Of a DNA stretch of 64,000 bases, positions 1 to 11,407 are shown piece by piece. A program made the position numbers and the translations under genes. The stretch is from Callorhinchus milii (lineage: Eukaryota), in the NCBI RefSeq assembly GCF_018977255.1, contig NW_024704753.1:7812001-7876000 (forward strand), written 5' to 3'. The notes under the pieces are model-generated. The model did not search any database. It saw only the letters and a list, made by a program, of their open reading frames with translations, and had not been told where the DNA came from. How positions within the stretch are numbered: position 1 is the stretch's first letter; every line of letters begins with the position of its first letter.

Positions 1-2244
1 CGGGTTATTCCAAACTTGAAGGATCATTCCATGTAGAAGAGGATTATTCCAATCAGGTTAGTCTTCCCAAATATAAGCTATGTCTCTGGTTGTTTATGTC
101 CCCTCATTTCACTCTTATCTGTGTTTAAGGAATCCACAATAAATGTACTCAGCTAAAGGTTACAAAACTGCATTCACAAGAGTAACCTGTGATAGCCATT
201 TAATAAAATACTGACTCACAGCTCAAAGTCCAGTAACTCAAAATGGTTCCCAATGGTTAGAGCAACACAGCTGTGAATTGCTCAGGATGTTCCACTTCCA
301 GCTTAGCAGGGTCAACATTCAGAGTACTGCAGATGTAAAGATCACACTCAATGCTCTGTGGGGTGTAGGAGAAAGCTGGATTGCAGCAGTTTCACTGGAA
401 CATCTCACTTGACCTGAAAAACTGAAAATGCTGCATTCACTATCTTAATACACACCAGGGGCAAGAGAAATGAATGAGACTCATCCTGTCTCAAATCACC
501 GATTGAACCTGAGCTCTCAGTCTGCCAGCCGCTACTTTAACACAATGCAATTACCTTAAAATCCAGGTGATGAGTTTTTCAACCCTTAGGCTTCTGATGC
601 TGAAACATTGATGGCTTCCATTGTGGCAATATGTGGAAATATTCAAATTCTGTCAGCAAACAACATACTTCTTTAGCATAAGAGATTTATTCGAACACTT
701 CCATAACATTGCTTTTTTAAAACAAAATGATAAGTAAAAAAAATGAAGTTGTACGTTATCAAGATTGTACTGGATAGAATTTCAACAATGTCAATTGGAC
801 CCCAATTGAAGTTGACTTAAAGTGCATGTGATAAAATGAAAGTTACTGTACTGTAGTATTCAGCCGGGCATTTCATAGCCTGTAGGAAGATCTGAACAAC
901 ACCACCGTGTACAGTTCTTCAGTTTTATTTGCTCCAATGCATAACCAGTTTTCATCAAATGGTAAAAAAAAACACTTTTAGGGCTGCCTCAGATTCATCA
1001 ATATCCCGTTTGAAAAATCGGATTCCAAGATTCTAATTGTCTAAAAGTTATAGTAAAACAGTAGAGTATAGCTTCAATGAACATTTCTTTGTTTACTTTG
1101 AAAGTTTTAAATAGCTGCACAGGCTCCCTCCATAAAAAGGTAATGTACTTGAAGTTCACTCCTGCAACAACCTCTTCAGCATGACATGCGCCATAATTGA
1201 TGAATACATAAGTGGTTCAACTAAAGGGTCCTCGTTACATTTTCACAAGGCCAATGCATGCGAATCGAAGGTTCTAAAAGAAACCAACTCTTGTTCCGTC
1301 CGATAACCTCAAATCAGTGTTGACAGTCTAGAAATTCTGCTGTCCAGCCTTTGCTACTCTTAGCTAGAGGAAGAAACGTGGTATGAAAGGATGTGAAAGC
1401 TCAATTTTACCTCCCCTAGATATCCCCTTGGAAGCAACATCATCCATTGGATTAGAATAATGTTTCATGGATTGCAACAGCTCTCTCTCTACTTGTCAGG
1501 TGAACCTAGCAATTTGACTCTTGGTGCCATCAAGCCCAGCCCATTACTGTATTATTGCCAGCAGAGGGCCCTGCATGGCAAATATGCAAAGGGAATCCAA
1601 TTAAATTCTTCCATTCCTCACCCAGACATATCAAACAACTCCTTTCATTCAACCAAGGCTGAGATTAACTCATTTACCACAGATCAGAGATTGAATCCAG
1701 ATTGTTCCTTGTTTTATGCTGTTCAGGACCACACTCTATTGTCTTGTGCAAAAATACATGCACACAAACATATATACACTTTGGCGTATTATTTGTGAAA
1801 GTAAGGTGAATTCATAACTCAAATCAAAGGTAATAATACAAACGAAAAACAAGTTGAATACCTGTCAATATTAAAAAGGCAACTGTTAGACAAAGCTCTA
1901 CTCTGAATATTGCTCTCCTAAATTATATGGCCTTGGTATTGTATATACTTTTAGGGCTTTCAACAAATAACTTTAAAGCCAACTAAAATCAAGGTTAAAA
2001 GTCACCTTGAGCTGATTTCTCAGCAGCTTGAGTTGCTGCCGATCAAGCTATCATTTTTTTTCTACAAAAACAACACCCAAGAAAGACTGGTAAGATTCCA
2101 AGAGTATTAACACCAGATTAGACTACATTTTTCCCATCGTCAAAAGCAATTCGGGTATCATTGTCATTCAACATTACAAATGCTGTTTTTAAAACTATAA
2201 ACCATACATCCGTTAGGACTCATATATCATGCCCTGTATTCTGT

Positions 2245-2595
2245 CGATAAACTAGGCAGCCAACTTGTGCACAGCAATGTCCCACAAATAGCCTGAAGTG
2301 AATGACTAATTTTGTCTGACGGATAGTTGGAGAAGTTGGCCAGGACACACTTGAAGAAACTCTCTTCTCTTTTAAATGAAATATCAAATCCCATGGGAGC
2401 TTGAACATCCACCTGAAAAGAGATCCAGGACCTCGGTTTAATACCTCATCCGAAGGATGGCATCTCACACAATGCAGAACATCCTTTGCACAACACTAGA
2501 GTGACTTGATGAGTTCAAAGTCTTGACATAGGGATTGAACCCATAATCTTCAATCTTCTGACTCAGAGGCAAGAGTGATATCAGCTGACCCAGAA
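2245..2595 (-). mobile_element. Old Deu-domain SINE (SacSINE1/AmnSINE1-like), tRNA-like head
   Basis: The minus strand reads ccatccttcggatgaggtattaaaccgaggtcc...caggtggatgttcaagctcccatggga...gtgtcctggccaa...tttgtgggacattgctgtgcacaagttggctgcc, which resembles the DeuSINE core as I recall it. A degenerate head with B-box gggttcaatcc lies at ~2530-2590. Confidence 0.75.
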
Positions 2596-4289
2596 TGACA
2601 TAGAAATACCCAACTATATTGTTGAAATGAATGTAACAGTGTTCACAAACATCATACAGCTGTTAGCCTAACCTGATCACAAAAACTGGTGTTTATGCTA
2701 AGAAAAAAATCACCTCACCTCATCATGCACTATGCACACCTAGCTGTAGGTCCATATTCACTGTAATTTTACAGCTGAATGGGTTTTCAAGGCAGACTGT
2801 AAAGGGTCTAGTGGTATTTGCTCAGATTGTACTTCACAGTAAGAAATTTCAACCTTTTGATCTTAGAGTTGCCCTGGGATGTGAAGCAAGTGATTTAGAT
2901 GGATAAAAACACCTGCTGTCAAACTCCTAAGGGTATTGTGTGAATTTTTAACATGCATCTGGCTGGTATCCTAGGACCACTTGGCACATAAACTGGATCT
3001 GGACATCTGTACAATGGTCAGCAGCAGCCTGGGATCATCCTGATGTTAACCAAATAGTCTCTATGGTATATGAATGAGGCAGCTGTTTTGTATGACTAAC
3101 AAATGCAAGTATACTTTGATCAAATTTCAGCCTGCCCCCAATGCTCATAACATCTAGTGCATTGAGGAATGAGCTCCAGGTCTGCACTTAATAGCTCTAA
3201 AACCTTAACCTCTACTCAAAGCTGTGAAAGTTTTGAGTTGTACAGACTGGAGACTGCCATTAACATTTTTTTCCCGCATCTCCATGGACTATTTTGGAAT
3301 AAGTAGAAGTCTTAATACTCTGCATTCAATAACATACTCTCTTAGAAAAAGGCAAGTGGGAGAAACAGAATGAAGAGCAATTGTTAAAAACAACACAAAT
3401 TCCAAAACCATCAGGTCAAGAGACCCAAGTTCTCAACATTGAAATAAAGCACATTATAGCCCAAGATGTCTTCCCCAAACTCGTCTGAGGATTATTTCTG
3501 CAGCATCAGTAGCACCAATGTATTTGATGTTCAAAGCCTCTTGTGGTAACGAGTGCTAAGTAATGAGCAGTTATTAGTACTGTTCTTTATGCACAGATGG
3601 TACATTACTACTGACAGCTGCGATGTACAATTTGTTTTTATGAAAAAAATAAACTTTATTAACTTAAAGTGTCATAATAAGTCAGTCACCAGCACACATG
3701 CTCTCCTTAACGCTCCTGCACCACCCACCCATATATAATCCTTAACTTGAGACGGCTCAGTAGGTAGTCCAGCAGTCTTCTCAAACAGAAGACTATATTT
3801 TTCAATCCCAATGATACTTTTGACTCCCATGTGGACATAAATTCCATGCAAAATTGAGTTAATGAAAAATGGAGTTTCTCTCTGGTTGTGATAGAAGCTG
3901 CACGTTCAGTGATCCCATTAACAAGTCATGTGCCAATATATACAGGGAACTCTGTGAGAAGAAACCAAAAGTTTTAAAAAGAAACAAAAAAATGCAACTT
4001 TTGTTTTCATAAATTGAAGAGAACTAGTGGAAGTAAAAGTGGGCATTTTACTCACCAGTGACTCAGACCTTCTGGAAGGTTGGAGTTCATCTCCAAACCT
4101 CTGGCTGTTTAGATGTTTTGATCAGACACCCAGCTGACCAAAAAAGAGTTGCATCAGTTCCCAAGCACTTGAGTCACAATTGGAACACTTGGATTTGATT
4201 CTGCTAAGTAAATTTATAGCAGATACAAAGTTGCTTACAAATGGTGCTATGGAGAGCTGCTAAACTATTATGAACAGATGCCTCCAACT

Positions 4290-4520
4290 GTTTTTGATCA
4301 GCCAGGTGTTTGACGTACAAGGAATTCCATGCTTAAGAGTCTCCAAACCAAACCACAAAGTTCCACATATATATGGTTTCAATCAGTCTGATATGGAGTG
4401 CACAATTTCTCCCTTGAGGACACACACTGCTCATCTAATCCCAGAGAATTTGAGTGCAGATTAGTAAATGCCAAGATTAGGGAACTCAAAATGTGCATTT
4501 GGAGTTCAACCAGCCTACCA
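4290..4520 (+). repeat. Unclassified dispersed repeat 'family X', partial diverged copy
   Basis: ccatgcttaagagtctccaaaccaaac...atggagtg...ctaatcccagaga...gccaagattaggga aligns by eye to 8790-8990 and 10801-11290. Confidence 0.6.
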
Positions 4521-4960
4521 TTATAGATTGCATCTAGGTCCATCCTTTAGGGCTTTGACTTGGAAGGTTTTAAGGAGACAAATTGAATGAACCTCAGCCA
4601 CAGTTACTGATCTTCTCCAAGACCTGCTAACAAGCTGATTCATCATCAACAATGCCAGGAGTAATGTGTACTTGCCTGGCTCAGATATTAAACTACAAAA
4701 GACCACAGTCCATTGCCAGGAGTGTAATCTTGAAAAGAAACCTTGCGTACCTCTTCCCTCCCCAGGTGAAATTCACTTCTGCCTGTAAATATGTACAACA
4801 ATTAACAAATCTCTTGTTTTCAAATTATCAGCCAAAACTAGGTTTTGACTTTTTATTGCTGAGTGTACCTTCTTCAGGTAATTTTCAATAATGATTAATA
4901 ATAATAATTAAGAACAAAATGTCAAGAAACAAAGAATACGATTGTATATTTGTAAGATAG

Positions 4961-5626
4961 AAGCGTTCCGGGATGCTACCCCGTGTGAAGGGCACTATAA
5001 GAGTAGGGAAGTCTTGCTTCAACTGTGTAAGGCCCTGGTGAGACCACACCTATAGTATTGCGTGCAGTTTTGGTCTCCTTATTTAAGAAAGGATGTACTC
5101 GCCTTGGAGGGGTACAACGTAGATTCACTAGGTTGGTACCAGGGATGAGGGGAATGAGTTATGAGGATAAGTTAAGCAATTTAGGCCTATATTCTCTAGA
5201 ATATAGAAGAATGAGAGGTGATCTTATAGAAACCTATAAGATTATTAAGGGGCACGACAGAATAGACAGTGGGGGATTTTTTCTCCTGCTTGGAGAAATT
5301 ATAACCATGGGTCACAGTCTTAAAATTAGGGGTAAGCTCTTTCACACTGAGTTGAGGAAAAACTTCTTCACTCAGAAGGTAGTGAATTTATGGAATTCTC
5401 TACCCCAAAGGGCTGCAGATGCTCAGTCCTTGAATATATTCAAGACTGAGATTGATAGATTTCTTGTGGGTAAAGGGATTAAGGGATATGGGAATAAGGT
5501 GGGTAGGTGGAGTTAGAATAGATCAGCCATGATCTTGTTGAATGGCGGGGCAGGCTAGAGGGGCTGAATGGCCTACTCCTGCTCCTAATTCTTATGTTCT
5601 ATATAGCAAGTTGTTGTTTTTGTTGT
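4961..5626 (+). mobile_element. Short L2-type 3' tail split by a CR1 insertion
   Basis: agcgttccgggatgctaccccgtgtgaagggcactata (4961-4999) resumes as tatagcaagttgttg after 5600. The same tail is intact at ~35890-35942 and ~50580-50633. Confidence 0.6.
5000..5598 (+). mobile_element. CR1 LINE, 5'-truncated (ORF2 C-terminus plus 3' UTR)
   Basis: ORF 5058-5516 has CR1 C-terminal motifs (VQRRFTRLVPG, LGLYSLEYRRMRGDLIETYK, GHSLK, FFTQKVVNLWNSLP). The 3' UTR is gatcagccatgatcttgttgaatggcgg...gcctactcctgctcc with a ttcttatg tail. Confidence 0.95.
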
Positions 5627-6046
5627 AGAAGCCTCCATTGACGTCAAGGACTAAACGGCAAATGTAACCAAATAATGTACATTATCTACTGTTTACACCA
5701 TAAATGGACAAAGAATACATCCATCCCAGAATTTAATATCAGTTAACCAGCCAATAAAATTATTTTAAATCTGTACAAGAATAAATGAACCTCAGGAGTC
5801 TGTTTCATGCCATTGCTGATTCTGGTACTGATAGTGGATTTGCAACTGAATTAGTTTCTTTCTTCCCTCAGTACCTATTGTAATTGCCATTTTAATATTT
5901 GTAATTGCTTTTTCCATTTCTGCTATGCATGCTCACATCTGTCACGCAAACTATCTTCATGGATATATCTTAAAACAAAACAACAATTAAACCGCCCTGT
6001 AGTTTAAAAATGGCATAGATACTCCTGAGTAAACCACCCTGATTTA

Positions 6047-6165
6047 ATTAATAATAATAATAATCCTTGCATTTGATATAGCACTTTTCACATCTTCTAG
6101 ATGTCTCAAAGCGCTTCACAGAATATACTGCAAAGTGAATTGACTGTATATTTGTGGGCGAAATA
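6047..6165 (-). mobile_element. tRNA-derived SINE, 3' fragment
   Basis: The (TTA)n tail and ccttgcatttgatatagc...cttcacagaatatactg match the full copies in this window. Confidence 0.85.
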
Positions 6166-6623
6166 TTGATGTATATTGATGTCACCAGATTACCGCATGC
6201 ATTTGGACAAGACATAGGGGCAACAGAGATCACTATATTTAAAGCTGTACAGAGCATATGTTAAGTAATCCCAACCAGAGAAAAATAAAAAATTGCAAAA
6301 GTCACACTGCGCAACAGAAATTTGAGGCAACGTCAATAATTCTTAACATGAAGGATTTCAAGGAAAAATAAGCATAGAGTGATTTTAATTTTTAAGGTGT
6401 GAATGCTGCAAGACTACAGATGCCATCCTTCCTCCATTAAAATAGCAGTTAATGTTACAGTGGAAGTAGAGTATTTGATAAAAAAAACTGTGCTCTTGCC
6501 AAAATTTTCACTTCATCCCAAATCACAAACTAAATATGATCATTCATCTCCCGGTTGATTATAGGACACTGCTGTTGCAGATGAGCTACCACAATTGCCT
6601 ACATAACAGTCAATGTTAAACTA

Positions 6624-8513
6624 CAACAACAACAACAAGATTACATTTGTATAGCACCTTTCACGTCGGGAGGACGTCCCAAGGCACTGGACAGCGTACA
6701 GCATTTCACACCCGAGCAGGGGATGGGGTGGGAAGGGAGGGGAAGGGGGTGGCTGATGACATGGTCGAAGAGGAGGGTCTTGAGGCTAAGGAGGGGGCAA
6801 GGCGGAGTGACTGGGGGATGCAATTCCAGAGGTTGGGGGCAGAGTGGCTAAAGGCTCTCCCGCTAATGGTGGGGCGAGTGGGTCGGGGGACGTGGAGCAG
6901 GCCAGAGCCGGCTAAGTGGAGTGAACGAGTGGGTTGGTAGGGGGTTAGGAGGTCGCAGAGGTAGGGCGGGGTGAGGCAATGGAGGGCTTTGTAGGTGAGG
7001 ACCAGGATCTTGAACTGGATCCTCTGAAGGATAGGGAGCCACTGGAGTCGGGCGAGAGTAGGGGAGATGGGGTCATGGAGTTTGGTGCAGGAGAGGACAC
7101 GGGCTGCAGAGTTGGGAAGGTTGAAAAGCAGGGCGTTTGCATAGTTGAGCCTGGAGGTGATGAAGGCATGGACAAGAGTTTCAGCAGCCTGAGGGGTGAG
7201 GTAGTGGCGGAGTCGGGCGATGTTACGGAGATGAGGGAAGGCAGAGCGGGTCATGGCTTGGATGTGGGGGAGAAAAGACAGTTGAGGGTCGAAGACACCT
7301 AGGTTCCTGACTGGCTTGATGAGTTGTAGTGTGCAACCATGGAGGTTGATGTTGCCAGAGCCTGAGGTGCTGAGGCACTGGCGCGAGCCAATCAGGAGGG
7401 CCTCAGTCTTGTTCACATTTGCCCTCATCCAGGACTTGATGTCCGACAGACAGTCTGTCAGGTCAGCAGTGGTCCTGGAGTTGAGGGTGGAGGCAGAAAG
7501 ATAGAGTTTGATGTAATCCCAATACATGTGGAAGTTGACCCCATGTTTGCGGATGATGTCACCAAGGGGGAGCATGTAGACATTAAAGAGGAGAGAGAGG
7601 GCCAAGGACAGAGCCCTGGGGGAGCCAGATGTGACAGTGCGGGGGCTGGAGGAGAAACTGTTAGAGGCAACAAAGTGGAGACGGTGAGAGAGATAGGAAT
7701 CGAACCAGGCAAGGGCAAGTCCGTGAAGATTGAGTAAAGCGGAGAGGCGGTGTATGAAGATGAAGTGGTCGACAGTGTCGAAGGCGGCAGAGAGATCGAG
7801 GAGAACAAGGAGGCAAAGGGAACCCTGATCACAGATGTTCAGAATGTCATTGGTGACTTTGATCAGGGCTGTTTCCGTGCTGTGGGCAGCACGGAAGCTG
7901 GATTGGAGGGGTTCAAAGAGGGACTGGCGAGTGAGAAAGGAGCGGAGCTGGGACACAACGACTCGTTCCAGGACCTTGGAGAGGAATGGGAGGTTAGAGA
8001 TGGGGTGGTAGCTGGTGAGGAGGGATGGGTCCAGGGAAGGTTTTTTCAGGAAGAAGGTGATGACGGCTGTTTTTAGGAGGTTGGGAGCTGAACCGGTGGA
8101 CAGGGAGAGGTTGATGACATCGGATAGGATGGGGGCCAGAAGGTGGAGCTGGGAGACAAGGAGAGAGGTGGGGGTGGGATCGAGGGAGCAGGTGGTGGGT
8201 TTGAGTTTGCGGACAGTCGTAGTGAGGGAGGAGGGAGGGATAGGGTCGAAGAAGTATAGGGTGGGGGGGTGGGTCATGAGAGAAAGGTGATATGGGGTTG
8301 GCTGTGGTGGCTGAACGTATCCCTTCGATTTTAGATTTGAGGAAGTCTAGCATCTCCTCATAGTTGGCGTTTGAGGAGAGGATGAGCGAGGTATGGGAAG
8401 GTGGACGGGGGAGACGGTTAGTGGTGGAAAAAAGAAGCTGGGGATTGTCCTTTGCCTTCAAGATAACCTTGGAATAGGAGGATATGGCGGAGGTAAGAGC
8501 GCAGCGGTAGATC
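6624..8513 (-). mobile_element. L2 LINE, 5'-truncated, with 8-bp TSD
   Basis: It has a (TTG)n tail at 6624-6640 and the stem-loop gggacgtcctcccgacgtga. The TSD ttaaacta is at 6616-6623 and 8514-8521. It sits inside an old SINE tail (~6545-6615 and ~8522-8585). Confidence 0.95.
6706..8461 (-). pseudogene. Degenerate L2 ORF2 reverse transcriptase
   Basis: Motifs are present: TCSLDPTP, LKKPSLDP...YHPISNLPFLSKVLE, QSSFRAAHSTETAL, LLDLSAAFDTVDH, NKTEALL, HAFITSRLNY. The catalytic YADD is mutated to YWDY, and there is a frameshift relative to the upstream piece 7994-8461. Confidence 0.92.
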
Positions 8514-8624
8514 TTAAACTAACTCATTATGTGAAGTGATTTGAGACTTTATGGCAAGATGCATGATATCAAAAGCAAATATATTTAAAGTGAAACTCAG
8601 TGACACCAACTTGAAAAGTCTCAT

Positions 8625-8760
8625 GTCTGTTGAGCTATCTAATCTCAGAAGGGGCAGTGGTAGGTCCATTACAGTGACCTCAGTACAAAGTAATGGGTGG
8701 GGGTGAAGTAGAGAAAGAGAGAATCAGCTGGGATTCCTACACTGATCGTTGTTCAGTGAT
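8625..8760 (+). mobile_element. Ancient SINE-like fragment (related copy at ~21025-21310)
   Basis: tgagctatctaatctcag...aatcagctgggattcctacactgatcgttgttcagtga resembles ctgagattgctaatctcagg at 21080-21100. The family name is not certain. Confidence 0.4.
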
Positions 8761-9315
8761 TTTTGGGGTCTAAAACATATGACAATCCACCACCAGGCTT
8801 AAGAATATCCAAACCAAACGGAGGGTTCCATGCATCCCACCTATACAAGCAAATTCCAGAGATACATTTGTTGGAATGGAATGTGCCCTCTCTCCCGAGA
8901 GGGATGCATCTTGCATATCTAATTCCGGAAAGTATTAGGTGCAGGTGGCAACAGCCAAGGATTGGGGACCCCAGAGTGTGTATTGGGATACTGCTAACCA
9001 GCTAAACCTGCATAGATTGCCATTGAGAACACTGGCAATAATCAATCCAGCTGGGACCACTCTATCCATTCGGGCTTTGGCTTGCAGGGTTAATGGGAGC
9101 TGAGTGTCAAGAGTCCCTGCCCCTTCCAAATGTTGCTGATGAGCCAGGCTGGCTGTGCTGTCATCAGCAGAAACCTGGAGAGCAGCTGACCCGCCTGGCT
9201 CAGGAACTGAACTACAGAGGGTTGGCTCCATTCTGACATTGCTTTACCAGATATACCACCTTGGAGCCAGTTCAGCTCCAAGAAGACCCCATTTAGCTCC
9301 CCACCTCAAGAAGGA
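8760..9315 (+). repeat. Unclassified dispersed repeat 'family X', most complete copy
   Basis: It is collinear with copies at 4290-4520, 10791-13424 (interrupted), 33065-33490 (minus) and 54788-54838. Confidence 0.75.
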
Positions 9316-9400
9316 GCTCTACTACAAAGTGGAAATCAATGAACCTCAAATGAGAACAGCATAACCCTTTATTAATAAGTTTGCATTCCTCAATCAATTG

Positions 9401-9726
9401 TGGAGTCCTGTGGCTCAGTGGTTAGAGCACTCGCTTTGCAAGCGAGAGACCTGAGTTCAATTCCAGGCAGGGCGAAACCTTGGGCAAGTTTCCTTACTCC
9501 ACACGCCTAATAATAATCCCTCCAAAAAACAAAAACAATAATAAATTGGTCATTTTCAATCTACGACTGTTTGTGGGATATTGCTGTGCGCAATTGACTG
9601 CCGCGTTTGCCCACAAATATACAGTCAATTCACTTTACAGTGTGTTCTGTGAAGCGCTTTGGGACGTCCTCCTGACGTGAAAAGCGCTATATCAAATGCA
9701 AGGATTATTATTATTATTATTATTAT
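9401..9726 (+). mobile_element. Young tRNA-derived SINE, full length (SINE2-1_CM-like by recollection)
   Basis: It has an A-box (tggctcagtgg), an anticodon-like stem ctcgc/gcgag around TGC (Ala-like), a B-box (gagttcaattcc), a Deu-like 3' segment, an L2-type stem-loop and a (TTA)n tail. Confidence 0.95.
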
Positions 9727-10900
9727 AAATAGCTTTCAACTGGAGTTTGTTGGCACCTGTGTGGATGGGAAAAAAAGCATTTTAAGGATTATACTCCGTA
9801 GACTTTGAAGAATTCTACCCTAAGCAACCCTATGTTAAGTTGTTGTAATGGAAGAAAAGTCTTGTGAAACCTTATAATATTTTCCCCTTTTATTTTATTA
9901 CAAGTGGAGATCCTGTTCGTCAGGACTCCCACTCAACACCTGAGGCTTTGAAGGACTGACTTCAAAGCTAATTTGATTCTGCATTCTTGTCACTCGCCTG
10001 AATGAAAATGTTAAGAATTATGCAGCACATCTTTGGCATCATGCGGCAAGTGGATCACAGATGGCTTACTACTATGAGTAAGCAATCCAGGTTAACAAGA
10101 TTACTGTCAACTCAACTGTAAGTGGAATCTGAAAATTGAACAGAATGCCTCAGATGAATGATACCTGGGACGATGTAATCCTGGAGAGAATTTTTCATTT
10201 GAAAAAAATCAGTAATTGGGAAATAACAGGAAAGACCATTAAAAGTAAAATAAAAACAGCTTTTCTCCCCATGTGCCAAAACCCATTTTACCATAAAGCA
10301 GGAAGGCATGTTGCCAGACATCTGGCAATGTGAATCAAAGGTGGTGCACACAAACTGAGTAAGTGAACTCATCTTCATTATTTTCACGTTCTCGGTACAA
10401 AGAAATCACCTCCCTCTGTCACCCCTAATGAAATTAGAAACTGCCTATGGGGGAAACCTGGGTGTGAATCCACAGCCTTCCATTTTGTGGCACAGCGCTA
10501 CCTTGCTTTACCACCAAACCACCCCAACAAGATTGGAAGCTTATCAACCAATCCATTCAGGTCATTGATGTGAACAAAATACTTTTTATCATTTGATTAA
10601 CCATGTACTAATTCAGAGAAAGTGTTTTGAATCGCTGACGTGGAAAGCAGCAAACAACATTTTTGAAAATAAATGGCTTTAAAAATTCAATTTGGATATT
10701 CACAGGATCACAGCAATATATATTATTGCAAAGTTCCATACTGTATTTAAGGTGTGAAATTTTGATTTTGTTAAAAAAAAATGCTAATTTTTTGGGTCAG
10801 CCATGCTAAAGAGCATCCAAACCAAACTGAGATTTCCATGCATCCCACCTTCACATGCAAATCCCACAGATACTTTGTTGGAATGGAATGCGCTCTCTCT

Positions 10901-11203
10901 CCTCTGGCTCCAGTCTGCTCCACATCCCCCGCCGGGCCTTCAGCCTCTCAGCCCGTAGGCTCTGAAACTCCACCCCCCAGTGCCTTCGCCGCTTCCTCCC
11001 TTTTCTCCTTCAAGGCCGGTCTCAAGACCTTTCTCTTTGACCGTGCCTTTAGCTCCCCTCTCGACTCTCTACCCCCTCCTCGCTCCCTCCCTTCCCCTCA
11101 CCATTTCCCCCCAATGCTCGGGTCCTGACCCAACTGTCCAGCGCCTTGGGACGTTCTCCCGACGTGAAAGGCGCTCTATAAATGAAATCTTGTTGTTGTT
11201 GTT
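10901..11203 (+). mobile_element. L2 LINE 3' end inserted in family X
   Basis: gccttcagc...ctcaagacctttctctttgaccgtgcc...gggacgttctcccgacgtgaaaggcgc followed by a (TTG)n tail. Confidence 0.9.
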
Positions 11204-11407
11204 GAGGGACGCATCCTGCTTACCTAATTCCAGAAAGTATTAGGCGCAGGTGGCAAGAACCAAGGCTCGGGGGTCTCAGAGTGTGCGCTGGGATACTGCT
11301 TAAGTCTAACTTGCTTATCCAGCTAGGACCACCCAACCTGTTTCGGGCTTTCGTTTGCAGGGTTAACAGCAACTCAATGGGATGACTCCCTGCCCCCAGT
11401 GACTGGT

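Noticed and set aside
1460-1798. 112-aa ORF
   Set aside because: It has no recognisable domain or splice context and is a length expected by chance.
4056-4090. MNSNLP start resembling the human GPR155 N-terminus
   Set aside because: The match is only six residues, and no downstream GPR155-like coding sequence was found.
6032-6049. 18-bp identity aaccaccctgatttaatt with 48055-48072
   Set aside because: Flanking homology does not extend. It is chance, or a short hAT end with a similar AT-rich target.
6647-8290. Plus-strand ORFs overlapping the L2
   Set aside because: They are antisense shadows of the C-rich L2 ORF2.
9401-9475. tRNA-Ala(TGC) gene
   Set aside because: It is a SINE head continuous with the SINE body and tail in many copies, with no proper acceptor stem or terminator.
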